Below, one piece after another: positions 45,917 through 56,591 of a stretch of 64,000 bases of DNA. The DNA lies in sequence record MK250029.1. One strand, given 5' to 3'. Numbering within the stretch: position 1 is the stretch's first letter; each line of letters begins with the position of its first letter. The notes beneath the pieces were generated by a model, which saw nothing but the letters and a program-made list of their open reading frames with translations, did not search any database and was not told where the DNA came from. The position numbers and the translations under genes were made by a program.

Positions 45917-46369
45917 TTATTTTCTGATATTCAAAACGAGCTTTGTATTTTTCGGTATTCGATTTAAAGCCCTTATTATTATTTTATTATTATCACCATC
46001 CCACATATAATCACAATTAGGATCGGGATTTGATTTACTTATAACATCATAATATTGGCAATAACCGAATGGAATAACATATTTCTCATTAGGAATAACT
46101 TCAAATACTATATCTCTCATATCTTTAGTATAAAGAGATAATTTATCTATAGATTTTGTAGGACATACTTCTATAATATCTCCTGGATAAAACTATGAAT
46201 TAGAATAAACAGATTTACCGTCAGAACAAATTTTACATTGATTTAAATTTGTCGGTATCATTGTTACTTTCTTTATGTTAGTTTTATCACGTGGTTCCTA
46301 ACCATAAAATAATCCATACCATGATTTCTCATTTACAGATTTAAACTTTTTATTTGTTCTTTGTTTCAT
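45917..46369 (-). CDS. SET-domain-like protein, 150 aa
   Basis: FYPGDIIEVCP, PFGYCQYYD, PNCDY, IIIRALNRIPKNTKLV; the canonical NHS motif and terminal Tyr are degenerate. Confidence 0.6.
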
Positions 46370-46413
46370 AATTAAANNNNNNNNNNNNNNNNNNNNNTAA
46401 TGTATTTTAAAAA

Positions 46414-48072
46414 TTAATTATGTTCTACAGCTTGTACTGTATTACTAGCTTTTTCTATTTCTGTTGGCATTCCTAAATTATTTTCAGACGGTTTATCATT
46501 ACCTTTAGTTTCGTCTTTATCGTTCTATATTTCTTCTTTATTATTTTTATATAATGAATCAGCTAAATCTTTTAATGACGCTTTTGTACCCATTTCCTGT
46601 TCTATATATTTCTTCGCTTTATCAATTAAATTTTCTGTATTATTCTATTCATCTTCAAATAAGTATATATCATTATTTCTAAAATATAAAACAGATTCTA
46701 TTTTTATTTTACTTATAAAATACATTAAACTATAAAACATTGATAAACCATCATAAGGTTTATCATTTGAAATATAATCTAATATAGTTTTATATATATC
46801 AAATATATTTAACGAACCATCTATTACTTTAAACTATTTAAAAAATGATAAAATTTCTTTATTATCATTACTTAATAACAATTTAAATGATTTAAAGAAA
46901 CTATTATCTTTATTAATTATTTGAATTTTTAAATTATTTAAATTTATATTGAATAGATCTTGTAATTCATTAATAATATGTTCACCTATACTTAGATTAT
47001 CTTTCTCTCCATTTGTTGTATCATGACCATCTAACGTTTTTATATTTGTATAAAATAATTTAAATATTTCTTTACATAATATAGTTGTTGTCTACAATTT
47101 ATTTGTTTTTTCATCTTTACCTATAACAACAGTTACTTTTGATGTATTTAATGTTTCCTTAATTTCATTTATACTATCTTCCAAATTTTCAGATTTTTTA
47201 TTTAATGATAATAACGTATCCGATAATAATGTATTCCATTTTGTAAACTATTCATTAGTTATTACATCTAAATTCTATATATTTTCTAAGAATTTACTTA
47301 CTGTTAATTTATTTGTTTTAAATACATCTTTATCTACATCAATCTGTTTTTTAAGAAATACATCTTTAATACCTTCTTTTATATCTATATTTGATATATT
47401 CTATTTGAAATATTCTATATATTCCTATTCATTATCTTTTTTTAATAATTCTAATAATGTTGAATATATATCTTTATAACGCTATGTATTTATATTATTC
47501 TAAACATCTTTATTACCTAATGTATTATATATATTAATTGGAATTTCAAACTATGAAAATTTATCATCAATTAATTTATTATAATATGAACTAAAATTAT
47601 TAGAAAAAATAAATTGTAATATACTTATTAACGTTTTTTGAGAAATCATATTATTACATGTATCAATAAACTATTTCATTTCATCATCAGTTATTGGTTC
47701 AATATTATATAATTTATCTTTATCGATTTCTGTAGTTTCATTCTATATAATATATTTTATTATAGTTTTATATGATATATTTGAAATATCATTTTGACTT
47801 AACTATATATTATTTTTAAATATATCATTTTCTATAATTTGTGAAATTTTTTCATTTATTAAATTATTTGGTTCTAAGTAAATATTTAATGGCGTTATTC
47901 CACATTTTCTTAAAAACTAATTTAATTTAATTGCCTTATTTTTTATATCTGCATTTGTATTGTTATCATCATTTAATTCATTTATAATATTACTAAATTC
48001 ATTGAATAAATCAGTTGATAACATATTATGATATACTACATTATATATTATATTATCTATTTGCTATAACAT
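46414..48072 (-). CDS. N/K/I-rich helical hypothetical protein, 552 aa
   Basis: Open only under code 15 and absent from the track; read through part of its length, frame arithmetic consistent. Confidence 0.6.
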
Positions 48073-48085
48073 AACTTATATTCAT

Positions 48086-50722
48086 TTAATTTTGATTATT
48101 TTTTGAGTTATTCAATATATTTAATAACTACGCATATGTATATAATGTTTCTTGCTCTTCTTGCTGTTTCTTTAATTCATCTGAAGATTCTTTTGTAATA
48201 GGATATTTATCAGTATATAGTTTTATAAGGTAGAATATCTGTTTATAATAAAGCATTACAGCTAGCAAATTTGGATATTGAACTGTCAAAAATTCCTATA
48301 TAGACTTATACATACAACTATTACCATTATCACCTGTAATTGAACGAATACGTGATTCTATTCTATCATCTAAATCATCTGCATATCGTGTCCATATATT
48401 TTGAAGACTTGTCGCACGAACAGGATGTTTAGACAGTGCAGCTTTAAACTTATCACCTAATGTTGACTATGCAGACTATGATGTTCTGCATATTAATCCT
48501 ATTTTTTCAGTAATTTCTTTATCTGCTGCTTCTTTTAATTTTTTCATTCGTTCACGAGCATTTTTAATTATATACCATTCTTCTGGATTACCATAACTTG
48601 TAATAATTCCTGTAATTTCTCTTGTTAAATTGACCTTAACAAACTTGTATGTTTGCTCATTTCCGTCTTCTAACTATTTAATAATTTCATCACTATTTTT
48701 AATTTGCTCATTTTCAAATAGAGAATTATATGCATAACTATACTTATCATTATAAGTAAATACTGATACTGATTCATCCTTTAAGTTTAAAGAATATGCT
48801 ACTTTTTGTAACTCGTCATATTTACTATATGGTGTATATTTTGCAATTATAAGGTCTAAATCTTTATTACGTGAATCTGTATCTTGTATTTTAGAAGTTA
48901 CACGGTCTTTAAATTCTTTTAATTTTTTCTTATCTGTTATACCTAATTTCTATATAAACTTATCAGATGATGTCCATGATAGAATTTTGCTTGATCTTCT
49001 TGCAGTTTCACTAAATTCTCGCCAACCATTTAAATCCTTTTGATATTCATTATCCATAATTTGTTTTAATACTGCATCTTCTTTCTTCATATACTTATCC
49101 ATATTACCTTCGGATGCATTATTCATATCAGATACTTTCTAAGCGAAATTACTCATCTCTTTAGTACCATTATTACCACAAATTGATTTCATTAATGTTG
49201 TTACAATAGATATACTACTACGTACATAATTATCAATTGCATCTATTAAATTACCATTAAATGCAGATGCTTCATTTTCTACACGTTTCTTTGTTTCCTA
49301 ATCTAATTCACTTCCTAATACAGAAGTTGGATCTAAATCTCCAGTTAATGGTCCACTTAATGAAACACCTTTTGTTTTATCTAATCCTTCTTCATTCTCA
49401 ACTTCAAATAATGATAATACTTTATTTAAAGATAACATATATGACTCATTTTTTAATGTTTCATATTTTACAATATCATCTAATTTCACATGTTCTTTAT
49501 TAAAATATTTAAGTCCTATATCAGAAGCTTTATCCTATATAATTTCCTTTGTAGGTTTCATGAATAATGAACCATTTGGATTTTCATTTGCTTTTGTAGG
49601 ATAATCAATATTAGACATTAACATTGCATAATTTGTTGGTAATGATGGTAACATTAATAATGACTTATTAAAACGTTTTTCATTTACCTTAATTGGTAAT
49701 AGTTTTTTTGTACCTTCATTTATATAAGCATCTTCTCCTTCTGTAGAAACACCATTTACAATATCAAAAAATTGACCTAAACCTGAATCATCTGACGGCT
49801 CATCACCTGAAGTTATACTATTAAAATTAGTTAATGAAGGTGATAAAAAACCTAATCTGTGAATACATTGTGTATATAAACATGCCATATTTCTTTCTGC
49901 AGTTTCCTGGATAGTTCTAAAACATGCTTTATTGTAATCACCTGTATTTTGTTTATTCTTTCTACCAGGTAATAAAAATGAATACCAAGGACGTTTTTTA
50001 TTTACACCTGAATCTGTTAACTCTACAAGCTTATTCATATATTGCTTAAGCTTCATCATCGCTAATCTATCTTTTCCTTTCATAAACAACCACGCAATAA
50101 TACCTAATAAACCTGTTAACAAACCAGCACTTAATTTCAAAATCCAAGAACAATCCATCCACCAATCAGCTGCATGACCTTCAGCTTCATTTAATGTATG
50201 AAGATCTGGATCATTCATAATATATTCAAAAATATTCTTTTTGATATTATTATATTCATCTAAACCAACTTCGGCAATAAGTTCCTTATCAAATAATTCA
50301 TCAAACTATGATTCGAATAACATCTCATCCATCATTTGTTTTATTTGACGTTTCTCTTCTTCACTATATTCATTAGAAAGTTTTATATCCTGAATATCTT
50401 CATATGTTATTTCATCATCTGAATTATCAATAACATCTTCAGATTCTTTAAGATTAAACGGCATTGTACCATAATATGCATCGCAGTTACTGCATACATA
50501 TACAGGTTCTCCTTGTATTTTCAAAACAACTTTACCACCGCATTTTGGACATATATTTGGAACAATATTACCTTCATCATTATATATACGTTTCTTTTTC
50601 TTAGATTCTTGAAGCTATTTCATTTCAGGACATAAACCGGAATGTTCGTATTCATATATTTTTCTATCTTCAGGACTAAGTAAACTTAAACGTTCTTTAG
50701 ATAATTTTCTTGGAAATTTCAT
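48086..50722 (-). CDS. Large protein with a Zn ribbon, several LxE sites and one TM helix, 878 aa
   Basis: Track ORFs 50306, 49535 and 49298 join through TAG; CPKC/CSNC; WILKLSAGLLTGLLGIIAWLF. Confidence 0.7.
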
Positions 50723-50788
50723 TTAATTAAAAACTTTGTTTTCATATTTATTATTGAAAATAAATTATCTCATTTTTATAAATAAAAA

Positions 50789-50830
50789 ATAAGGAATTAG
50801 AATATCAGCAAATTCTAATTCCTTATTATA
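50789..50830 (-). terminator. Terminator-like hairpin
   Basis: ATAAGGAATTAGAAT...ATTCTAATTCCTTAT. Confidence 0.6.
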
Positions 50831-50834
50831 TTTT

Positions 50835-51125
50835 TTAACGTCCACTAATCATTTTATCAATCTTTCTGAAAATTGCATTTACTTCATCATATGAAATATC
50901 ACCATCATTCAATAGTCCAACTATTTTAAGAATATCTTCTAACATCCATTGAATATTATTAATAACTTCAGCTTTCAAACTTTCGTCACCAGTTTTATCA
51001 AGACACACATTGATATTATATGCATAATCTTCATAACTTTGATTTTCATTCAAACGTCTTTTAATAGTTTTTGATACACTTCTCATGATATTCTCATAAA
51101 GTGCTTTCTTTTGCATTTTATTCAT
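50835..51125 (-). CDS. Small protein with an LYE...LNE N-terminal propeptide-like motif, 96 aa
   Basis: MNKMQKKALYENIMRSVSKTIKRRLNE. Confidence 0.75.
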   Translation of the reverse strand: MNKMQKKALYENIMRSVSKTIKRRLNENQSYEDYAYNINVCLDKTGDESLKAEVINNIQWMLEDILKIVGLLNDGDISYDEVNAIFRKIDKMISGR

Positions 51126-51208
51126 AATTTTTAATAGTTTTTTTTTTCTTATATGTTATTTATCAAATAAAACAAACAATATATTTTTTGATATAATTAA
51201 ATAATAAT

Positions 51209-51583
51209 ATGATGCAATTAAAACTTTTAGGAGTACTTCAGGATTATGATAGTCCTTATGTCTCCTTATATAGAGACGATAATAGTCAAAATTTATATTT
51301 GGCTGTGGAACAAAACTCAGATAAACCAAAAGAGTTTTGCACATTGTTACTTCATGTGTCTAAAAGATTAGTCGAATATTATTTGCAGAATAAAATTGGC
51401 CTCCGAGAAATCTATAAGAATGTGAAAAGTAAATATATTTGGTTTCACAAAAAAGATCAGATTTGTACATTGGTAGATGTAGGTAATGAAGATGTGTCTA
51501 AATACATAGATATTGATGATGATATGTTTGATCCTGATTTTTGCAATCATGAAGCTAGCATAAAGTATTATTTAAACAAGTAA
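51209..51583 (+). CDS. Hypothetical protein, 124 aa
   Basis: ORF track. Confidence 0.65.
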   Translation: MMQLKLLGVLQDYDSPYVSLYRDDNSQNLYLAVEQNSDKPKEFCTLLLHVSKRLVEYYLQNKIGLREIYKNVKSKYIWFHKKDQICTLVDVGNEDVSKYIDIDDDMFDPDFCNHEASIKYYLNK

Positions 51584-51812
51584 AATTACTAAATGTACTA
51601 GAGAGTGACTTGAAATATGATCGAACACTTGATTTCAAGAAAGCCTTAAAAATAAAGAGATAGAACTTGACGTTGGTGCAACTTTGTTACAACATAAGAA
51701 GAATGACATTTTAGTAAGGTTTTCAAAGATTTCTCGTGCTTACAGCGTATAGCTGCTTAGCACATTATTGAATTATTAACGAACTATTGATATAATATAT
51801 AACTATATTTTT

Positions 51813-52712
51813 ATGAATGCAAAACCAATTATCAAATGGGTAGGTGGAAAAACCCAATTATTAAATACAATAAATGATAATCTTCCACAAAATATATCAC
51901 ATTTTAACACATATATGGAACCATTCATTGGTGGTGCTGCAGTATTATTTTATATTGTTCCAAAATTACCTAATATAAAAAATGTGTTTATAAATGACTT
52001 AAATTATAAATTGACAAATTTATATACAGTTGTAAAAAATAAACATTTAAAATTAATTAATCAATTAAAAACAATACAGGAAGAATATAGAAAATCTGAA
52101 GATCCGAAAATGTTTTATTATAATACCCGTGATTCATTCAATATATATGATATGAATATGGAACCAGATGCAGATGTATTACATGCAGCTGAATTTATAT
52201 TCTTAAATAAGACATGTTTTAACGGATTATACAGAGAGAATTCAAAAGGTGAATTTAATGTACCATGGAATAAGAATGTAAATGTTTGTATATGTGATGA
52301 AGAAAATATTAAAGCAGTACATAATTTTTTCATTAAATACAATGTTCAAATATCTACTGGTACATATAATGATTTTTTTAAAGGTAAAGGAATGTATATG
52401 AAAAATGCGTTTGTTTATATGGATCCACCTTATAGACCTATTACTAAATCAGCTGCATTTACGTCATATACAAAATCAGGTTTTAATGATAATAATCAAA
52501 AAGAATTAAAAATTTGGGTTGATATTTTGAATAGTAGTAATGCTTATTGTATGTTAAGTAATTCAGATCCAAAAAATTATGATGTAAATGATACGTTTTT
52601 TGATGACTTATATTCAGATTATAACATAATTAGAGTAAATGCTAAAAGATCCATCAATTCAAAAGGAAATGGACGTGGTAGTATAACAGAAATATTGGTA
52701 AAAAATTATTAA
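51813..52712 (+). CDS. dam: DNA adenine methyltransferase (Dam/D12 class), 299 aa
   Basis: KWVGGK, EPFIGG, FIFLNKTCFNGLYRENSKGEFNVP and YMDPPY; TTGAAT-N17-TATAAT at 51768-51796. Confidence 0.9.
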   Translation: MNAKPIIKWVGGKTQLLNTINDNLPQNISHFNTYMEPFIGGAAVLFYIVPKLPNIKNVFINDLNYKLTNLYTVVKNKHLKLINQLKTIQEEYRKSEDPKMFYYNTRDSFNIYDMNMEPDADVLHAAEFIFLNKTCFNGLYRENSKGEFNVPWNKNVNVCICDEENIKAVHNFFIKYNVQISTGTYNDFFKGKGMYMKNAFVYMDPPYRPITKSAAFTSYTKSGFNDNNQKELKIWVDILNSSNAYCMLSNSDPKNYDVNDTFFDDLYSDYNIIRVNAKRSINSKGNGRGSITEILVKNY

Positions 52713-52743
52713 TAAAATAAATACTTAAACATATATCTGATAT

Positions 52744-53736
52744 ATGAAATTTATACATAATCTGACTGAATAGAATAATATATTGTCATATAATGAAATA
52801 TTAAATACAATTAATAACATTAATGAAGAATATCATGAAGTAACAAATTTTGATAATATGATAAAAGATGTTGCTAAACAAATATATTATTCTAATTATA
52901 CTGATTTTTATACAGGTTGGAATTGGTTTATTAAAGAACAAACATGTTTAAAAGTTAATACTGAATATAAATCAGATAATACAGTTTATAAAGATAATAT
53001 AGGATGTCCTATATATATTAAATTTGATGATTTAGAAAATAATACATATTTTGCTGTATAGATGAGAGATAATACGTATAACATACCAATATATGTTAAC
53101 AAACATTATAACTTATCTATATAGCAATATGCATATAAATTAAAACATGAAATTACACATATACGTACAATGTATTCTAAAATAGATTCAAATCCGTTAG
53201 ATTCATTAAAGAATAGATCATCAAGTATTGAATTGGATAATATAAGATTAATAAATAATAAACAATTTCCATTTATATATAATGTTTGTTATTTATTATC
53301 ACCAACTGAATAGCAAGCACGTATAAATGAATATATATTTTTTATAAAAGATTATTTAAAAGAAAATGATATAGATAATGTAAACAGTCATAAATTAATA
53401 AATGAATTAATTGAAAAAGGATATGAACATACATTATTAAAAGATTTCTTTGATATATATGAAAAATTAGAATTTATGGTAAATGCTTAGATTTATATAT
53501 AGGTAATATCATTAGGATATGTGTTATAGAAATATAATTTATTTAAATCTAATATAACAGATGCAGATTTACTGAGATTAGAATCTGATAGAACAGGAAT
53601 GATATATAAGTATATTAAATCAGATGAAGATAATTCATATAAAATATTAGAATTTTTAAAATAGAATTTATCTGATTACTATACAAAATTAAAAAACGTA
53701 ACATACAAAACATTAAAAGAAAATAACATAATTTAA
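52744..53736 (+). CDS. Putative HExxH zinc metallopeptidase, 330 aa
   Basis: LKHEITH and downstream YLLSPTEQQARINE; frame continuous through TAG. Confidence 0.55.
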
Positions 53737-53742
53737 TTATAT

Positions 53743-54216
53743 ATGAAGACTAATTTAAATGGTGGTTGTTTATTACCAAATGAAGAAATTATTGTAAAGG
53801 ATGGACTTGTATTGATGTCTGAAATTAAAGTAGGTGATAAAGTTTTATCACATGATGGTGATTACCATGAAGTAGAACATGTATGGAATTTTGAGAAACC
53901 TACATACTATGTATCACTTTCAAACGGTGATCATATCGAATGTTCAAATACACATAGATTCTTGGTAAATAAGAATAAGCTTGAGAAAGAATCATCATGG
54001 AAAACTGCTGAAGAACTTCATGATGGAGATGAAATCTTTACAATGAGTACCATTAATATGGACATTAATGAGAAAATTAAGTTTAATAAAATAAAGATTG
54101 CCCGTATATTCAAATCAGGAATTAATAATCATGTGATTGACATTACTGTTAAAGATACACATACATATATTTCTGCTAATGGTATTGTTAATCATAATTC
54201 AGGAACTAATTTCTGA
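53743..54216 (+). CDS. Free-standing mini-intein (Hint domain, residues 9-152) with 8-aa and 5-aa exteins
   Basis: Block A CLLPNEEI..DG, block B IECSNTHRF, block F VIDITV..HTY, block G HN|S; followed by TGA TAA TGA. Confidence 0.88.
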   Translation: MKTNLNGGCLLPNEEIIVKDGLVLMSEIKVGDKVLSHDGDYHEVEHVWNFEKPTYYVSLSNGDHIECSNTHRFLVNKNKLEKESSWKTAEELHDGDEIFTMSTINMDINEKIKFNKIKIARIFKSGINNHVIDITVKDTHTYISANGIVNHNSGTNF

Positions 54217-54231
54217 TAATGAATTATAATA

Positions 54232-54630
54232 ATGAATTATAAAGAAACATATTTAAAACCAGAAATTGCATTCTTACTGAAAAAGCATAACTATAATATC
54301 GATAAAACTCGATATATGGTAAACAGAGACGGAACATTAGTTGAATCTACTAATGAATTATAGAAACATTATAATCATTTAGAATTAGCTTATAATCCTA
54401 ATGCAGAAGAAGTAATCGATTATTTCAAAAAACAATCAATTTATATTAACATTAATAAAATAGATGATAATAAATGGGAATGGATTATTTCATTTGGTAA
54501 GAAATCTGTATATTCTGGTGAAACTGCAAACGGAAATATCGGGCATAATCTTCCAGAATCACGTCAATTTTTTAACAATGAAAAAGACGCGTATTATGAT
54601 GCAGTTATAGAACTTATTATTTTAATTTAA
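54232..54630 (+). CDS. Hypothetical protein, 132 aa, distant paralog of 56188-56586
   Basis: Open with one TAG; similar P..x.V.(E/D)(W/Y)..K..I.IN segment. Confidence 0.65.
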
Positions 54631-54688
54631 TATATAAGAGGATATGGATTTAATTCTATATTCTCTTTTTTCTTTCAAATAAAATATG

Positions 54689-54696
54689 TATCTTTG
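54689..54696 (+). promoter_or_regulatory. Bacteroidota-type -7 promoter box
   Basis: TCAAATAAAATATG-TATCTTTG, after a terminator hairpin (~54637-54670). Confidence 0.7.
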
Positions 54697-54726
54697 TATA
54701 AAATATGAATTAATAATTATAAGAGA

Positions 54727-55980
54727 ATGGATACAAAAACATATATGGCAATTAAAGATTGTCTTAGAATAATTATTCAAGGATCTGAATTTGAAAACAA
54801 TTTATTTGCAGTCGGTGGATGTTGTAGAGATGAGATTTTAGGAAATAATATAAAAGATTTAGACCTTGTTGTTTCATTGGAAAACGGCGGTATTAAATTT
54901 GCAGAATGGTTGGAAAAGAATCATTATACAAAAGGAACTGTTGTGACATATCCTCGATATGGAACTGCTATGTTCAGACTAAAGGATTTTCCTAATGAAG
55001 AACTTGAAGTTGTACAAACAAGAACTGAAATTTATACAACAGATTCAAGAAAGCCAGATACAACATTCGGTTCACTTAAGCAAGATTGCATGCGTAGAGA
55101 CCTTACAATCAATGCAATTTATTATGATATTTCAAACAGTAAATTTATTGATGTTACAAACAGATCATTTGATGACATTAAAAATAAAATTATTGTAACA
55201 CCATGTGAACCAGATCAGACATATATTGATGATCCTCTTCGCATTATGAGATGTGTAAGATTTGCATGTAAACTTGGTTGGAATATAGATAAAAATGTAT
55301 TCAACAGTATGAAGAAAAATATAGATAGACTATCTATTATTTCAAAAGAAAGAATACAGGATGAACTTATGAAAATATTGAATACACCAAATTCAAAATT
55401 AGGTATTGATTATCTATTTGATATTGATGCAATGAAATTTATTTTCCCTTGTATAAATCATAATATTCCTGGACATTTTATTGATTTAGATAAGACATAT
55501 AAACCTTATTTAAAATTAGCATTAATTAATATTAATAATTCTAATGTTAAAGAAGATTTAATTAATCTTAAATTTTCTACATATGAAATTAATACAATAA
55601 TGAATTATATTAATGTATATCATGATATGTCGAAAATTAATAATCAATCATCACCCAGTGATATTAGACGAATGTTATATAAATGCAAAACATTAAATAT
55701 ATTCTTTGATGTATATAACATGATAGTAATATATGAATCAAATAACAATAAATTAAAATCAATTCATGATGCTATTTCGAAAGGAATGAATTGTAATGAT
55801 TTAATTAAGATGTTTGAATATAAGTTACCGGTTAATGGTAATGATATTATGGATGTATTTAATATTAAACCAGGACCAAAAATTAAAGAATATCTTGATA
55901 AAAGTTTGGATATTGTCTTTGATAATCCTTATATAACGAAAGATGAAATTTTAAATAAGTTAAAAGAGATTAAAAATTAA
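54727..55980 (+). CDS. cca: Class II tRNA nucleotidyltransferase (CCA-adding enzyme/poly(A) polymerase family), 417 aa
   Basis: VGGCCRD, DLDLVV, RRDLTINA, DDPLRIMR and SKERIQDEL motifs. Confidence 0.88.
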   Translation: MDTKTYMAIKDCLRIIIQGSEFENNLFAVGGCCRDEILGNNIKDLDLVVSLENGGIKFAEWLEKNHYTKGTVVTYPRYGTAMFRLKDFPNEELEVVQTRTEIYTTDSRKPDTTFGSLKQDCMRRDLTINAIYYDISNSKFIDVTNRSFDDIKNKIIVTPCEPDQTYIDDPLRIMRCVRFACKLGWNIDKNVFNSMKKNIDRLSIISKERIQDELMKILNTPNSKLGIDYLFDIDAMKFIFPCINHNIPGHFIDLDKTYKPYLKLALININNSNVKEDLINLKFSTYEINTIMNYINVYHDMSKINNQSSPSDIRRMLYKCKTLNIFFDVYNMIVIYESNNNKLKSIHDAISKGMNCNDLIKMFEYKLPVNGNDIMDVFNIKPGPKIKEYLDKSLDIVFDNPYITKDEILNKLKEIKN

Positions 55981-56031
55981 AACAATTTATTGGTTAAACA
56001 TTATAAACATTAATTAAAACAGTTATTAGAT

Positions 56032-56181
56032 ATGGATTTAAATATTACACAGAGAGAAGGAATTAAGAAGTGTCTCTATGAGGATTTAAAGAAAATGTAT
56101 GATGCATTTATTTTGACTGATAGAGATAAGGTAGAAAGTGTATTTAATGAGTTTTTGAATAAATGTGAACGTTATATTTAA
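56032..56181 (+). CDS. Small hypothetical protein, 49 aa
   Basis: ATG to TAA filling the operon gap. Confidence 0.5.
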   Translation: MDLNITQREGIKKCLYEDLKKMYDAFILTDRDKVESVFNEFLNKCERYI

Positions 56182-56187
56182 TTTGAT

Positions 56188-56586
56188 ATGAATTATTTTA
56201 CTCATACAGTAGATGATAATATTTGTAAGTGGTTACTTGATAATAAGTTTCCACTTACAACGTGTATACGAAATGATCATGATGAATCATTATATTATAC
56301 ATTGCCATATGAAGATTCTGATGGATGGCAATATTGTGATGCATATTATAAACCTACATATTTTGATGTAAAAGAATGGTTATATAAAGAACATAATATA
56401 CTTATTAATTCGAATATTTATACTGATAGATTTTCTGTACAAATTAGATATAAATCAAAATCAGATAAGTATTTTGGAAATTGTTGGGAAATTGGTTATG
56501 GTTGTAAAACATTTGAAGATTGTTTAAAATCTGCAATTGAATATATTATTGAAAATAATATACTGAACGAAAAGAGTACAGAATAA
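56188..56586 (+). CDS. Hypothetical protein, 132 aa
   Basis: ORF track. Confidence 0.7.
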   Translation: MNYFTHTVDDNICKWLLDNKFPLTTCIRNDHDESLYYTLPYEDSDGWQYCDAYYKPTYFDVKEWLYKEHNILINSNIYTDRFSVQIRYKSKSDKYFGNCWEIGYGCKTFEDCLKSAIEYIIENNILNEKSTE

Positions 56587-56591
56587 TTTAA

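Noticed and set aside
489-46397. N runs at 489-511, 1459-1607, 24632-24656 and 46377-46397
   Set aside because: Scaffolding gaps, not biology; they add uncertainty to the spanning genes and to the SET gene start
51584-51780. Slightly GC-richer intergenic stretch with short broken frames
   Set aside because: No start, motif or structure I can support; possibly a decayed fragment
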